NCBI GenBank assembly: GCA_048941015.1
Contig: JBHLNZ010000002.1
Span: forward strand, 1-64,000
DNA from: Promethearchaeota archaeon
GTDB taxonomy: Archaea > Asgardarchaeota > Lokiarchaeia > Sigyniarchaeales > SOKP01
Length of the DNA: 64,000 bases
Reading direction: 5' to 3'
Every line of letters begins with the position of its first letter. Positions within the stretch are counted from its first letter, which is position 1. The position numbers and the translations under genes were made by a program. The notes beneath the pieces were generated by a model. The model was not told where the DNA came from and ran no database searches. It worked only from the letters and a program-made list of their open reading frames with translations. Below are positions 29,212 to 39,317 of the stretch, piece by piece.

Positions 29212-29940
29212 TTACTTTTTGTGGCCGGTTCTTCGAGCAGCTATTAATCCTATTTTTCTACCAGGAGGTGCATTTCTTGATGTAGTAGTAGGAATATGAG
29301 GATGTTTATGTCTCCCACCTCCAAATGGATGATCACTAGCGTTCATAGCAGATCCTCTAACTACGGGCCATTTTACTGCTTTAGATTTTAAGGAGTGAAA
29401 TTTATTACCTGCTTTAAGAAAAGGTTTATCGGTTCTCCCACCACCAGCTACAACTCCGACAGTACAGAGACACGTTTCATGGAACCATTTTGTTTTTTTT
29501 GATCGAAATAACAGTTCTACCTTATTTTTAGACTTATTTCGAACTATCGCTGCAACACCGGATGATCTAGCAAATTTACCGCCGTCTTGTGGGGTTCCCT
29601 CTATATTAAAGACAAGTGTTCCTATTGGCATCTTTTTTAAAGGTAAAATATTCCCTACTTTTACATCCTGTCCATATCCAGTTTTAGATTGAGTAAATTC
29701 TTCACCTACATAGACTCCTTCAGGTGGGAGCCAGAAACCTTTTTGTTCATCTTCATATCTTATCTTTGCTATAGGTGCACCTCTTCCTGGAGAATGAATT
29801 AACTCAGTCACCTTAAATGTGAAAGCTTTTTCACTTTTTTTGAAGGGGCGATATTTAATTTGACCTATATGTCTATGACTTGGAGAACGTGCCCATAAAT
29901 TTCCATATCCTTTCCTTTGTACTAAGATTCGTTTACCCAT
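29212..29940 (-). CDS. rpl2: 50S ribosomal protein L2 (uL2)
   Basis: MGKRILVQRKG, HSPGRGAP, WPVVRGSAMN..DHPFGGG, PGRKIGLIAARRTG. Confidence 0.96.
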   Translation of the reverse strand: MGKRILVQRKGYGNLWARSPSHRHIGQIKYRPFKKSEKAFTFKVTELIHSPGRGAPIAKIRYEDEQKGFWLPPEGVYVGEEFTQSKTGYGQDVKVGNILPLKKMPIGTLVFNIEGTPQDGGKFARSSGVAAIVRNKSKNKVELLFRSKKTKWFHETCLCTVGVVAGGGRTDKPFLKAGNKFHSLKSKAVKWPVVRGSAMNASDHPFGGGRHKHPHIPTTTSRNAPPGRKIGLIAARRTGHKK

Positions 29941-30047
29941 AAATTTCACAAATAATTATGCGATACTTCTTCAAATTATTGAAAGTTTAAATTTTTTTTT
30001 ATTTTGACTAAAATAAAGCTAGAATTAGGATAAAATTAAAAAAAATA

Positions 30048-31406
30048 TTACAGTTTTTTGCTTTTCAATAATTCATCGATATTATAATTAAAGGCAATAG
30101 GGATTTCCCTCTCGATAAATTCACCCGCAATATTAGTTAAAAGCAAGTCTTTAATTTCCTCTTCATTCTTTGTCTGTCCTAATACCCAGCCTAGCTTAAC
30201 ATACCCAACTTCAGGTAACATGTTTTTACCCGCAATAACTCCTAAATTTAGTAATTCTCTTCCTGTTGAATAAACATTCATCCCTACAAAACCATGTAAA
30301 GTTTGAGTTGTCATAATAATAGTTAAGCCTTCTTCAATTGCTCGTTTTATTGAATCATATATGAGTGTACTTACGTGTCCTAATCCTGTACCAGCAATAA
30401 CAATTCCCTTATATTTCTTATCTATATAATATTCTATTATTTCATTTTCCATTCCCGGATAGAAATATATTAAAGCTACTTTTTTTTCAAAATTAGTATT
30501 TGCTATTGTATTCGCCTTATTCCTTTTCCTATAATCTTTTTTAAACATTTGAACTTTTCTATTCCTCACCATACCAAGAGGGATATCGTCGATAGTTCGA
30601 AAAGTATGTCTTACTGAAGAATGCATCTTCCTTACAAGCGTTCCCCGATGAATTAAACCGTAATCATGTGAAGGAGAACCGAGCATAGTGACTACTACTT
30701 CTGCTATATCAGAACCAGCAACGGTTGCAGCGTTTATTAAATTTAAAGCTGCATCGGAAGAAGGGCGATCAGAACTCCTTTGACTACCAGTAATAACAAC
30801 TGGGATAGATAAATCTTCTAACATGAATGATAAGGCAGCACTTGTAAAACTCATAGTATCTGTTCCATGACCAATTATAATGCCATTAATACCAGAGTTA
30901 GCAGCATCTTTGACTTTTTCTGCTAATTTTTGCCAATACTCATGCCTCATATTTTCAGATAAGATTTCAAACACCATTTCACATTCAAGATTACATATTT
31001 CTGCTAATTCTGGAACTGCACTAAATAATTCTCCAGGAGTAAAAGAAGGGATGACTGCCCCTGTAGTATAATCTAATCTTGATGCAACAGTACCTCCTGT
31101 ACCAAGGAGTCTTACGTTTGGTAAATTCTTTTTCATGTTAAATTTTTTTTCTGGTATTTTATATTTAGCTTCTTGTTCTCCGATTTTATCGATTTTTATT
31201 ATCTCGGAGATATTAACTCCAATATTGTAATTATTATCTAATTTAATTTCTATATAGTTTGGAGCAGCATATTCAGCTCTCGGTAGAATTATTCCTTCTA
31301 ACATTGTTTTATCAGTAGTGACTCTTACTATATCCCAAACTCCAATATTTTTTTCTTCTAATAATTTTTTAGCTTCTTCTTTATATCCTTTAAACTTATC
31401 TGCCAT
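30048..31406 (-). CDS. gatD: Glu-tRNA(Gln) amidotransferase subunit D
   Basis: TGGTVASRLDY.TGAV, HGTDT, SQRSSDRPSSD. Confidence 0.95.
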   Translation of the reverse strand: MADKFKGYKEEAKKLLEEKNIGVWDIVRVTTDKTMLEGIILPRAEYAAPNYIEIKLDNNYNIGVNISEIIKIDKIGEQEAKYKIPEKKFNMKKNLPNVRLLGTGGTVASRLDYTTGAVIPSFTPGELFSAVPELAEICNLECEMVFEILSENMRHEYWQKLAEKVKDAANSGINGIIIGHGTDTMSFTSAALSFMLEDLSIPVVITGSQRSSDRPSSDAALNLINAATVAGSDIAEVVVTMLGSPSHDYGLIHRGTLVRKMHSSVRHTFRTIDDIPLGMVRNRKVQMFKKDYRKRNKANTIANTNFEKKVALIYFYPGMENEIIEYYIDKKYKGIVIAGTGLGHVSTLIYDSIKRAIEEGLTIIMTTQTLHGFVGMNVYSTGRELLNLGVIAGKNMLPEVGYVKLGWVLGQTKNEEEIKDLLLTNIAGEFIEREIPIAFNYNIDELLKSKKL

Positions 31407-33326
31407 TTATCTCAACTCCTTTAGCTTTTCAGTTAATTGAGTTTTCAATTCTTTAGATACTAATGCTCCATCTATTCGTCCTTTTACTTTTTTCATTATT
31501 TCACCCATTAATGGTCCCATTGCTCTCATTTCCTTTTCTAAAATCAACTTTTTATTTGTATTTATTATCTCTCTGATAATTTTATTTAAATCTTCGATTG
31601 AAATTGTATCAATATTAAGTTTATTTATAATTTTTGATATTGTTAAATCAGGAGATTCAGTTTTCATTATTAATATATCTTCGATAATTTCTTTTCCAAT
31701 TTGTTTTTTCTTCAGTAATGTGAAAAGATCTATATAATCTTGATGTTTTATTTTTTCTATTTTCTTTCCATCTCTCCTAAGGGCAGTGGTTGTTTCTAAA
31801 AGTGTGGTTAAGATGGTGGAGGGGTTATCAGGATAAACATTAATTAAATTATTAAACAATTCTAACTTATCCTTGAAAATTAATTTCTTAATTAACCTTG
31901 ATTCTGTGTTATATTTATCCGAATATTCTTTTATTACATCCCAGGGATACGTTGGCAAATTATTTTTTATTTCCTCAATTTCATCTTTGGTATTGAAGAT
32001 TGCTTTAGAATCTGTATCTGGATAAAGTCTTGCTCCACCATGCAATTCTCTTAGAAATTCGGTATTCCCATTATCAAGTGCTCGTCTTGTTTCTGGAGGT
32101 ACTCCTTTAAAGGCAAACTTAACTCTTTCGGTAATAACATCCATGGCTTTTTGAACTTCCTTTTTAGTTCCAAGGACTAATACAAAACAATCCTCTTCGC
32201 TTGAGTTTAGTTTTTTTCTAATTTTCATTACTTCCTCTCCAGAAAGTTTATATTTTTTCAGATCTTCATCCGAATGGATAATCCCTTTTATTCCTGTTAA
32301 AGTTTTAACTTTACTACTTACTTCAGTTCCAAATCTATAATCTTCCATTAAAATTTTCCCAAATAGTCCTTTAAATCCCTCAAAGTTGATACCAAATAAT
32401 ACTTTTCCAGACTTTAAACCGTTCGAAATGAAACCAGATTTTGAATCCGATATAAAATTAGTTAATTCTATTGATTTCTTAGCAATTTTTTCTTCTTTTA
32501 ATCCCCTTTTTAGTAACTCATTTTTAATTTCAATTAACTTTAATTGGCGAGAAATTTCATGATTTATTAAAGTTGGAATCCATCCTAATTTTTGAACTCC
32601 TTTTATTTCAATTCTTGTCCCTGATTTAATACTCACATTAATATCCTGTCTAATTGACCCAATTACTTTTTTCACACTTGTAGACCAAAGTAATAATCCA
32701 ATCCTTTCTGCACACTCTCGGCATTCGTAAGGATCATTAATATCAGGTTTTGTAGTTACTTCAATTAAAGGAATTCCTAATCGATCTAATCGAAAATAAT
32801 TGGTTTTATTTTCAGTTTTAATCCTTCTTGCGGCTTCTTCTTCTAAACTTAAGATGAAAATGCCAATTTTCTTACCATTCTCGAGTATTATATTTCCATC
32901 TGTACCCAAAATCATAGTTCTTTGAAACCCGCAGGGTACACTCCCATCAAGATAATTCTTTCGACATACATGCATTTCTTCAATAATATTTGCATTTAAA
33001 AGTAATGCTATCTGTAATGCAATTTTTCTTGCTTCATTATTACAGGAAAAAGGAGGAGTGTCATCTAATTCATAAGTACAAATAACATCATTGTATCCTT
33101 CATATATGATATTCATTCCCTTTTCGTATTCTGTTAGCATTGCTTTATCAAAGGTTCCCATCTCTCCTAAAACAGGTCTCATAAACCTCCTTATAGTAAA
33201 GTCTGGTTCTCTAGTGCCTTGGAGTTTACTAGGACATCTACAAAATAACTTTTCTTTTGTCTCAAGTTGTTGATGAATTTCTAATCCGCATTTAAGAGCT
33301 AATTTTTTATAATCAAATTCTACCAT
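31407..33326 (-). CDS. gatE: Glu-tRNA(Gln) amidotransferase subunit E
   Basis: GLEIHQQL..KLFC, DGS...GFQRT, LDRLGIPLIE, VPPETR, GARLYPDTD. Confidence 0.95.
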   Translation of the reverse strand: MVEFDYKKLALKCGLEIHQQLETKEKLFCRCPSKLQGTREPDFTIRRFMRPVLGEMGTFDKAMLTEYEKGMNIIYEGYNDVICTYELDDTPPFSCNNEARKIALQIALLLNANIIEEMHVCRKNYLDGSVPCGFQRTMILGTDGNIILENGKKIGIFILSLEEEAARRIKTENKTNYFRLDRLGIPLIEVTTKPDINDPYECRECAERIGLLLWSTSVKKVIGSIRQDINVSIKSGTRIEIKGVQKLGWIPTLINHEISRQLKLIEIKNELLKRGLKEEKIAKKSIELTNFISDSKSGFISNGLKSGKVLFGINFEGFKGLFGKILMEDYRFGTEVSSKVKTLTGIKGIIHSDEDLKKYKLSGEEVMKIRKKLNSSEEDCFVLVLGTKKEVQKAMDVITERVKFAFKGVPPETRRALDNGNTEFLRELHGGARLYPDTDSKAIFNTKDEIEEIKNNLPTYPWDVIKEYSDKYNTESRLIKKLIFKDKLELFNNLINVYPDNPSTILTTLLETTTALRRDGKKIEKIKHQDYIDLFTLLKKKQIGKEIIEDILIMKTESPDLTISKIINKLNIDTISIEDLNKIIREIINTNKKLILEKEMRAMGPLMGEIMKKVKGRIDGALVSKELKTQLTEKLKELR

Positions 33327-33498
33327 TTAAAATCGAACTTTCTTTTTTAGAGTTAATAAAATACAATAACTTATCAAGTAAGAAGATATTTAATTATTTT
33401 CAAAAAAGAATATATTAATTTAAAATTGAAGTAAGTAGTTAAGCATCGATTTCTTTGTTCGATGATATTTTATAAAAACACAAAAATAGAAAATTTTT

Positions 33499-35826
33499 TT
33501 AGGTATTCCTATAACAATATCTATTTTTAATATCATTTTGTACAGCTTTTGGAAGTTCTATATAGCGAGCGCTATAACCTGAAACGCGAACCATAAAATT
33601 TTGGTACTTTTCTGGATTTTTTTGAGCATCTTCAAGATCTGAAAACGATATGGAATTAAATTGTATATGAGATCCATTTAATTCGATATAAGCTTTTAGC
33701 AAGGATTCTAAAATTTTTCCTTCATTAATCTTTACAATACCAGGATCAATATTTAATGTGCAAGCTAATCCATTAGCCAGGAGTGAATGGTCTAACTTGG
33801 TGATACTATTGATTGTAGCTGTAAGACTCTTTTCACCGATAAATCCAGGAGCGATATCTCTCGTTAAAGGTTTACCTTTTTTTCTTCCAGAAGGGAGCGC
33901 TCCAGTAAAAATACCAAAACCAACATGTGTAGTCATGGCATGAATGCCTACTCGATATTCGCCTCCTCTTGCAGATTTAAGGCCCTTTACAGATCTAAAT
34001 AGTATCTCTCCTACCTTTTTAGCATACTTATCTGCATCTAGATTATCATTTCCATATTTTGGACATTTATACAAAAGATAATTATGTAATTCTTTAAAAC
34101 CTCTAAAGTTATTTTTAATAGCATCTACAATTTCTGCCATGGTATATTGCTTTTGTATAAAGACAGCCCAATCAATAGCAGCAAGAGAGTCAACTACGTC
34201 AGAAAATCCTGTAACATGAATGCCTGCAAAATTATATTTTGCTGAACCTTCACCTACATCGTATCCCTTTTCAAAACAACCTTTTATAGATAATGACATT
34301 AATGGAGTAGGTTTAATCTTTTGATGAGCTTGCTGATAAGCATTAGCAGCATTAGCAGCCATCTCCATCATTGATTTTAGATTAATTTCAAATGCTTGGA
34401 GAACTTCCTCTATTGATCTAAAACGAGAAGGATCAATAGTGTTTTTGATATATTGACTAATATAAGATTTATCAGTTCCTAACGCGAGTTCTAATGCTTT
34501 TGCAGTGTTAAGAAATACAGCACCTGTATTATCATATGATGCACCTGATGTTGATAACCCTACACATCCAACAACTCCATAATCTCTTGCTTCTTCCAAA
34601 GATATCCCGAAGCGCATTAAACTTTTAACAACTAACTCATCATTATAACAACCTATAATATTTTTGCCCTTTGCTAGTATTTCTGCTATTTTTTTATATA
34701 TTTCATGTGGAGTTTGTTTGTTTAATCTTACTACTAAATTTGGACTAGGAACTTCAGTTTCATCAACAGCTTTTAAAAATAAATATGTTAATTCATTCGT
34801 AGCATCCTTTCCACTTTTATCAAAACCACCAATCAATACATTTTGTGTTGTCGCCATGCCTCCAAAATATTGGGTAGCTATTGAGTCATATAATGCTATG
34901 ATTTCATTAGTTTTTAATAAAAGATTTTTAAAAAGCTTCAGAGCATTTTCAACATTTCCACCATAATATGGTAAAAGATATTGATCAGTCCTTCCAAAGG
35001 AGATTCCATGCTCAAAATTTTCTAAATGAAGAGCCATATGAATAAACCAAAGAAATTGCATTGCCTCTTGTAAATCCCTTGGTGGATTTTCGGGAATATG
35101 TTTACAACATTCTGCAATCTTCTTCAATTCTTTTTTCCTGATTTGGTTTACTTCCTTTTCTGCTAAGATTTCAGCTTGATTAGCATACTTTCTACTGTAA
35201 TTAATTAAGGCTTTAGATATAATTATCATAGATTTATAAAAAGCAATTTTCTCTGCTCCCATTAAATCTGAAGTTAAAAGATTTTCAGTATCTTTTAATT
35301 TTTCTTCTGATAATTTTATATATTTTCTTAATCCCATAGATAATAATCTTGGATAGTCTATAACCGCATGTGCAATTCCTCCTATTTCTGTTGCAACATA
35401 CGCACACCCACTGAAAGAAGTTTCAAATACTTCTTCTGGAGCTAATTCTCTTGCATATTTATCTATTTTAAAATTTTCATAAAAAGGAGCAATCTCTTCT
35501 CTTAGTATCTTTTTATCATGCTCATTAATATTTATCGGATTTATATTACGATTAGGAAGGATATCAAGTTCCTTCATAATTCTAAAACCACTTGCTTCTA
35601 ATCTTGGTATAGCAACTGGAATATTATTATCAAAAGTTCCTACAATAATCTCATCCGGTCTAATAATAATAGGTAAACTTTCTAAAGTAAATCTTAATCC
35701 TTCAGCTTGTCTTATGATCATAGGTTTTCCAGATGTTTCCTTAAGGGCTTTAGTATAGGATAAGGGAACTTTTAGCGATATATGTGGAGTATCTCGAACA
35801 AGATCATTTAATAATTTTATAGCCAT
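33499..35826 (-). CDS. glycyl radical enzyme (PFL-like family, substrate unknown)
   Basis: C-terminal VRVSGY glycyl loop, single-Cys loop GCVG, GRTDQYL.PYY, PKYGND. Confidence 0.88.
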   Translation of the reverse strand: MAIKLLNDLVRDTPHISLKVPLSYTKALKETSGKPMIIRQAEGLRFTLESLPIIIRPDEIIVGTFDNNIPVAIPRLEASGFRIMKELDILPNRNINPININEHDKKILREEIAPFYENFKIDKYARELAPEEVFETSFSGCAYVATEIGGIAHAVIDYPRLLSMGLRKYIKLSEEKLKDTENLLTSDLMGAEKIAFYKSMIIISKALINYSRKYANQAEILAEKEVNQIRKKELKKIAECCKHIPENPPRDLQEAMQFLWFIHMALHLENFEHGISFGRTDQYLLPYYGGNVENALKLFKNLLLKTNEIIALYDSIATQYFGGMATTQNVLIGGFDKSGKDATNELTYLFLKAVDETEVPSPNLVVRLNKQTPHEIYKKIAEILAKGKNIIGCYNDELVVKSLMRFGISLEEARDYGVVGCVGLSTSGASYDNTGAVFLNTAKALELALGTDKSYISQYIKNTIDPSRFRSIEEVLQAFEINLKSMMEMAANAANAYQQAHQKIKPTPLMSLSIKGCFEKGYDVGEGSAKYNFAGIHVTGFSDVVDSLAAIDWAVFIQKQYTMAEIVDAIKNNFRGFKELHNYLLYKCPKYGNDNLDADKYAKKVGEILFRSVKGLKSARGGEYRVGIHAMTTHVGFGIFTGALPSGRKKGKPLTRDIAPGFIGEKSLTATINSITKLDHSLLANGLACTLNIDPGIVKINEGKILESLLKAYIELNGSHIQFNSISFSDLEDAQKNPEKYQNFMVRVSGYSARYIELPKAVQNDIKNRYCYRNT

Positions 35827-36011
35827 TATGAACCTTGATATCTATTATAATAAAGATTTAGCTAAAATTCTTTTTATGGTTAATTGTTATAAGAATTAAG
35901 CTAATTAAAATTCTGCATGTAAATTAACAAAATTGTAATGAATCAGAAATTAATAGAATAAGCATTTAAAAAAAGTAGTTAAATAAAATATAATTTATAT
36001 TTAGTTCAATT

Positions 36012-37643
36012 TTAAATAAGCTTTTTTGAAACATAAACACCATCTAACCTATAGCCTAATTCATAAAACCAATCCCTTGCACCTATTCCGCTAATTACAG
36101 CTAACTTATTAGCGTCAAATTCTTCTGAAGATATTTTTTCAGCATTTTCGAGTAACATTTTACCGAATCCTCTATGTTGGATTTGGCTATAACGGTCAGG
36201 TTTTGAATCTTTTGGTACTAATTCGCCTACAACTTTAATTTCTCTTACAACCATAGTTTTACCATCATTTAATTCCGATCTATGTGCAAATTCAGATGGT
36301 TTTCTTAGACGTAAATAACCAACTAGATAATTATCTTGCAAATTCTCATAGGATAAAAAAACTTCTGCTCCTTTTGAAGCCTTATAATTTAAACGTTTTA
36401 ATTTGATATTTTTTAAGGAATTTTCATCTTTCAATAACTGTTTATTAGAGATACCGTATTCTCGGCACCTAATACAATTACATTTAGCATTTAATTCTTT
36501 TAATCTTTCCTGAACTAATTGTCTTAGATTGCTTTTATTACATCCTGCTTCTATTAATGGAGCTGGTATATCTCTCATGATACGTTGTATTCTTACATAT
36601 GAAGGTAATTTTTGCTTAATATTTGCTATTAAATCGATCAACTGGTCAGTAGTATAAGGAAGATAATTCCCTTCTTTCCACCACTTATATAATTCAGTTC
36701 CTTTTATAACCAAACATGGATAAATTTTAAGCATATCTGGGCGATAATCAGGATTTGAATATAGTATATTGAACATTTCGAGATCTTTTGGATAATCTGA
36801 ACCTGGTAAATTAGGCATTATATGAGCATTAATTTTTAAACCACTATCTTTAGCAATCCTGATTGCTTCTATACTATCTTCAATAGTATGTCCCCTGTTA
36901 ATTAAATTGTAAATCTCATTATAAACCGTTTGAATCCCAATTTCTACTCGCGTTGTTCCAAAAGTGAGCATTCTATCAACATGAAATTCTTTACAATAAT
37001 CTGGCCTTGTTTCTATTGTTAATCCAATTAATCTTCTTTTAGATTTTTCAGCTGAATTTTTAGCGTTTTCAAGGGTATCTACTTTCTTATTAATTATTCC
37101 CTCATATGCGCCTTTTATGAAATATTCTTGGTAATTTCTATCAGCTGAAAGGAATGTTCCCCCCATTATGATTAATTCAATTTTATCTACTTGATGACCT
37201 ATGGCCTCTAAATCATTGATTCTACTTTTTACCTGTTTACAAGGTTCATAGTCATTATAAATTGAACGCATCGCAGCAGGTTCACGTCCAGTATAAGATT
37301 GTGCCGCTTTATTTCCAGGTTGAGAATCTTGACCAGGACAGTAAATGCAAGTGCCTGGACAAGGAAGCGGTTTTGTCATTATTGCTATGACAGACACTCC
37401 AGATTGAGTTCTTGTTGTTCTTCTTTTAAGAATTTGAGTTATAATTTGTTTTTCTTCATTTGTAGCAAAATCTAGTATAGTAGCATTTTTAATGACTTTA
37501 TTATAATTATATTTTTTTCCTATTTTACCTTTAATATTTGTTATTTTTTGACGTGAAGTTCCTGGATTTCTAATTAAGTAATTTATAACATCTCTAGAAA
37601 TTTTTTCGATAATATTTGTGTTATCAACTTCAACAGGAACCAT
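36012..37643 (-). CDS. elp3: tRNA U34 carboxymethyltransferase Elp3
   Basis: RT.SGV..IA.MTKP..CP..CIYCPG, QSYTG.EPA.MR, ETRPD, QHRGFGK.L, ISGIG.R. Confidence 0.95.
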   Translation of the reverse strand: MVPVEVDNTNIIEKISRDVINYLIRNPGTSRQKITNIKGKIGKKYNYNKVIKNATILDFATNEEKQIITQILKRRTTRTQSGVSVIAIMTKPLPCPGTCIYCPGQDSQPGNKAAQSYTGREPAAMRSIYNDYEPCKQVKSRINDLEAIGHQVDKIELIIMGGTFLSADRNYQEYFIKGAYEGIINKKVDTLENAKNSAEKSKRRLIGLTIETRPDYCKEFHVDRMLTFGTTRVEIGIQTVYNEIYNLINRGHTIEDSIEAIRIAKDSGLKINAHIMPNLPGSDYPKDLEMFNILYSNPDYRPDMLKIYPCLVIKGTELYKWWKEGNYLPYTTDQLIDLIANIKQKLPSYVRIQRIMRDIPAPLIEAGCNKSNLRQLVQERLKELNAKCNCIRCREYGISNKQLLKDENSLKNIKLKRLNYKASKGAEVFLSYENLQDNYLVGYLRLRKPSEFAHRSELNDGKTMVVREIKVVGELVPKDSKPDRYSQIQHRGFGKMLLENAEKISSEEFDANKLAVISGIGARDWFYELGYRLDGVYVSKKLI

Positions 37644-37751
37644 TATATCATACTCTTAAAAAGATTTGAAATTTCATAGAATTTTTTTATGTCTCAAATT
37701 ATATATTTTGGCATGAAGTTAATATTTTGTGACAATATATAATAAAAGATT

Positions 37752-37837
37752 TGTTATGCTCATAACATAGAATCCGGGGTATAACTATAAAAAGATTTAT
37801 ATATAACTTATTTTATTAAATGTAACAATGAGCATAA
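37752..37837. promoter_or_regulatory. candidate operator sites between divergent elp3 and wHTH-Roadblock genes
   Basis: Palindrome TGTTATG-CT-CATAACA (37752-37767); its core TTATGCTCAT recurs inverted as ATGAGCATAA (37828-37837). Confidence 0.45.
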
Positions 37838-37877
37838 TATTAATAATTAATAAAATTTAACTGAGTAGGGATTTAAT

Positions 37878-38456
37878 TTGCCAATGACCTTAGGACAGAA
37901 AATAATAAAGGAATTAAAAATAAAAGCGCTTACTATTTCTCAAATAAGTGAGATCTTAAAAAAAGACGAGGCGACCATAAGAACTACAATTAATCGATTA
38001 AAAGAGAAAAGATTAGTTGCAGAAACAGGGGATTTTTTAGATAGATATAAAATTTATAAAATTGCTGATAAGTCGATGAATGCTATTTTTGCTTTAAAAT
38101 TACTGATGAATATCAAAGGTGTAAAAGCAGTGAATCTCGTAACTACTGAAGGTATACCTATTGATAGTATTCTTCCAAAAACCGTGGATCCTAAAGATGA
38201 AATGAAGTATGCTTCTATGACTTCCGCTTTTGTATCTCTTGGAGAAAGGGCTTGTAAAGAGACCAAAAAAGGAGATTTGAATCTAGTGTTAATTGATGGA
38301 AAGGATGGTAAGCTTCTTGTTGTAGGATGTGGTCCAGAATTTGTCATATCACTTTCATTAGATGACACAATTAGCAATAATCAATTATTTTCCGAATATT
38401 TTAAAACAATTGACATAGTCAGATCTACACTTATTAATTTACAAGAAGAAGAATAA
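37878..38456 (+). CDS. winged-HTH plus Roadblock/LC7 fusion protein
   Basis: LTISQISEIL..DEATIRTTINRLKEK.LV (wHTH); GVKAVNLVTTEGIPI...ASMTSA..SLGER...GDL..VLIDG.DG (Roadblock). Confidence 0.8.
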   Translation: MPMTLGQKIIKELKIKALTISQISEILKKDEATIRTTINRLKEKRLVAETGDFLDRYKIYKIADKSMNAIFALKLLMNIKGVKAVNLVTTEGIPIDSILPKTVDPKDEMKYASMTSAFVSLGERACKETKKGDLNLVLIDGKDGKLLVVGCGPEFVISLSLDDTISNNQLFSEYFKTIDIVRSTLINLQEEE

Positions 38457-38462
38457 AAGTAT

Positions 38463-39317
38463 TTAATCTAATGGAACTTTTTTACCTGTAAAATCTCTTT
38501 TATATTTACCAAAATCGTCCAATTGTCTTAAAATTTTCGAATCAAACACTGGTCCTTCCTTACATACTAACAATCCTAAAGGATCGACTGCACATAATCC
38601 ACATAGACCACATCCACATCTCATAACTCTTTCAAGACTTACTTGAACATTGATATGATATTTTTCACAAATTTGAAAGATTTCATAAACCATTTTTTCA
38701 GGACCACATGTAAATATATTACAATTAGAAAGATTTGATCTGGGTTGTTCTTTAAGTATTTTGTCAAAATATTGAGACGCATATCCTTTATATCCTAAAC
38801 TTCCATCATCTGTGCAGTAAAATAATTCTGAATTTCTTTTTTCAAGCATTTTAAAATCTTTTAAATATATTAACTCACTATTGACTTTTGCTCCTTCAAT
38901 TATTTTTATTTCATGTTTATGTTTCATTAGTTCAAAAGCAAGAAATTTGAGGGGGGCAATTCCTATACCCCCTCCAACTAAAATTGAAATTTTTGAATTA
39001 TCATAGGGAAATTTAAAGAAATTTCCTAAAGGACCTCTTATTCCAAAATAATCTCCTTTCTTTAATTCAGAAAGAGCATTTGAACATTCTCCTATGCTTT
39101 TAACTGTGATAAACCAATCACCATAATCATTGCATCCTGATATAGACATTGGTATTTCATCTATACCGGGAACCCAAACCATAACAAATTGCCCAGGTTT
39201 TGGCATAATATAATTAGCTCGATCTAAATCTTTCATATTGAAAACGATAGTTTTGATCCCTTCACATTCTTCAAAGATTTCTTTAATTCTAGTAGTTTTA
39301 ATGATATTATTACTCAA
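38463..39317 (-). CDS. pyrK: dihydroorotate dehydrogenase electron transfer subunit
   Basis: PGQFVMVW.PG.DEIP.S, GGGIGIAP, CGPE, ERVMRCGCGLCGLC. Confidence 0.93.
   Translation of the reverse strand: MSNNIIKTTRIKEIFEECEGIKTIVFNMKDLDRANYIMPKPGQFVMVWVPGIDEIPMSISGCNDYGDWFITVKSIGECSNALSELKKGDYFGIRGPLGNFFKFPYDNSKISILVGGGIGIAPLKFLAFELMKHKHEIKIIEGAKVNSELIYLKDFKMLEKRNSELFYCTDDGSLGYKGYASQYFDKILKEQPRSNLSNCNIFTCGPEKMVYEIFQICEKYHINVQVSLERVMRCGCGLCGLCAVDPLGLLVCKEGPVFDSKILRQLDDFGKYKRDFTGKKVPLD

Noticed and set aside
36012-37643. Radical SAM gene next to the glycyl radical enzyme as its activase
   Set aside because: It is clearly Elp3 (radical SAM plus KAT domain), not a GRE activase.
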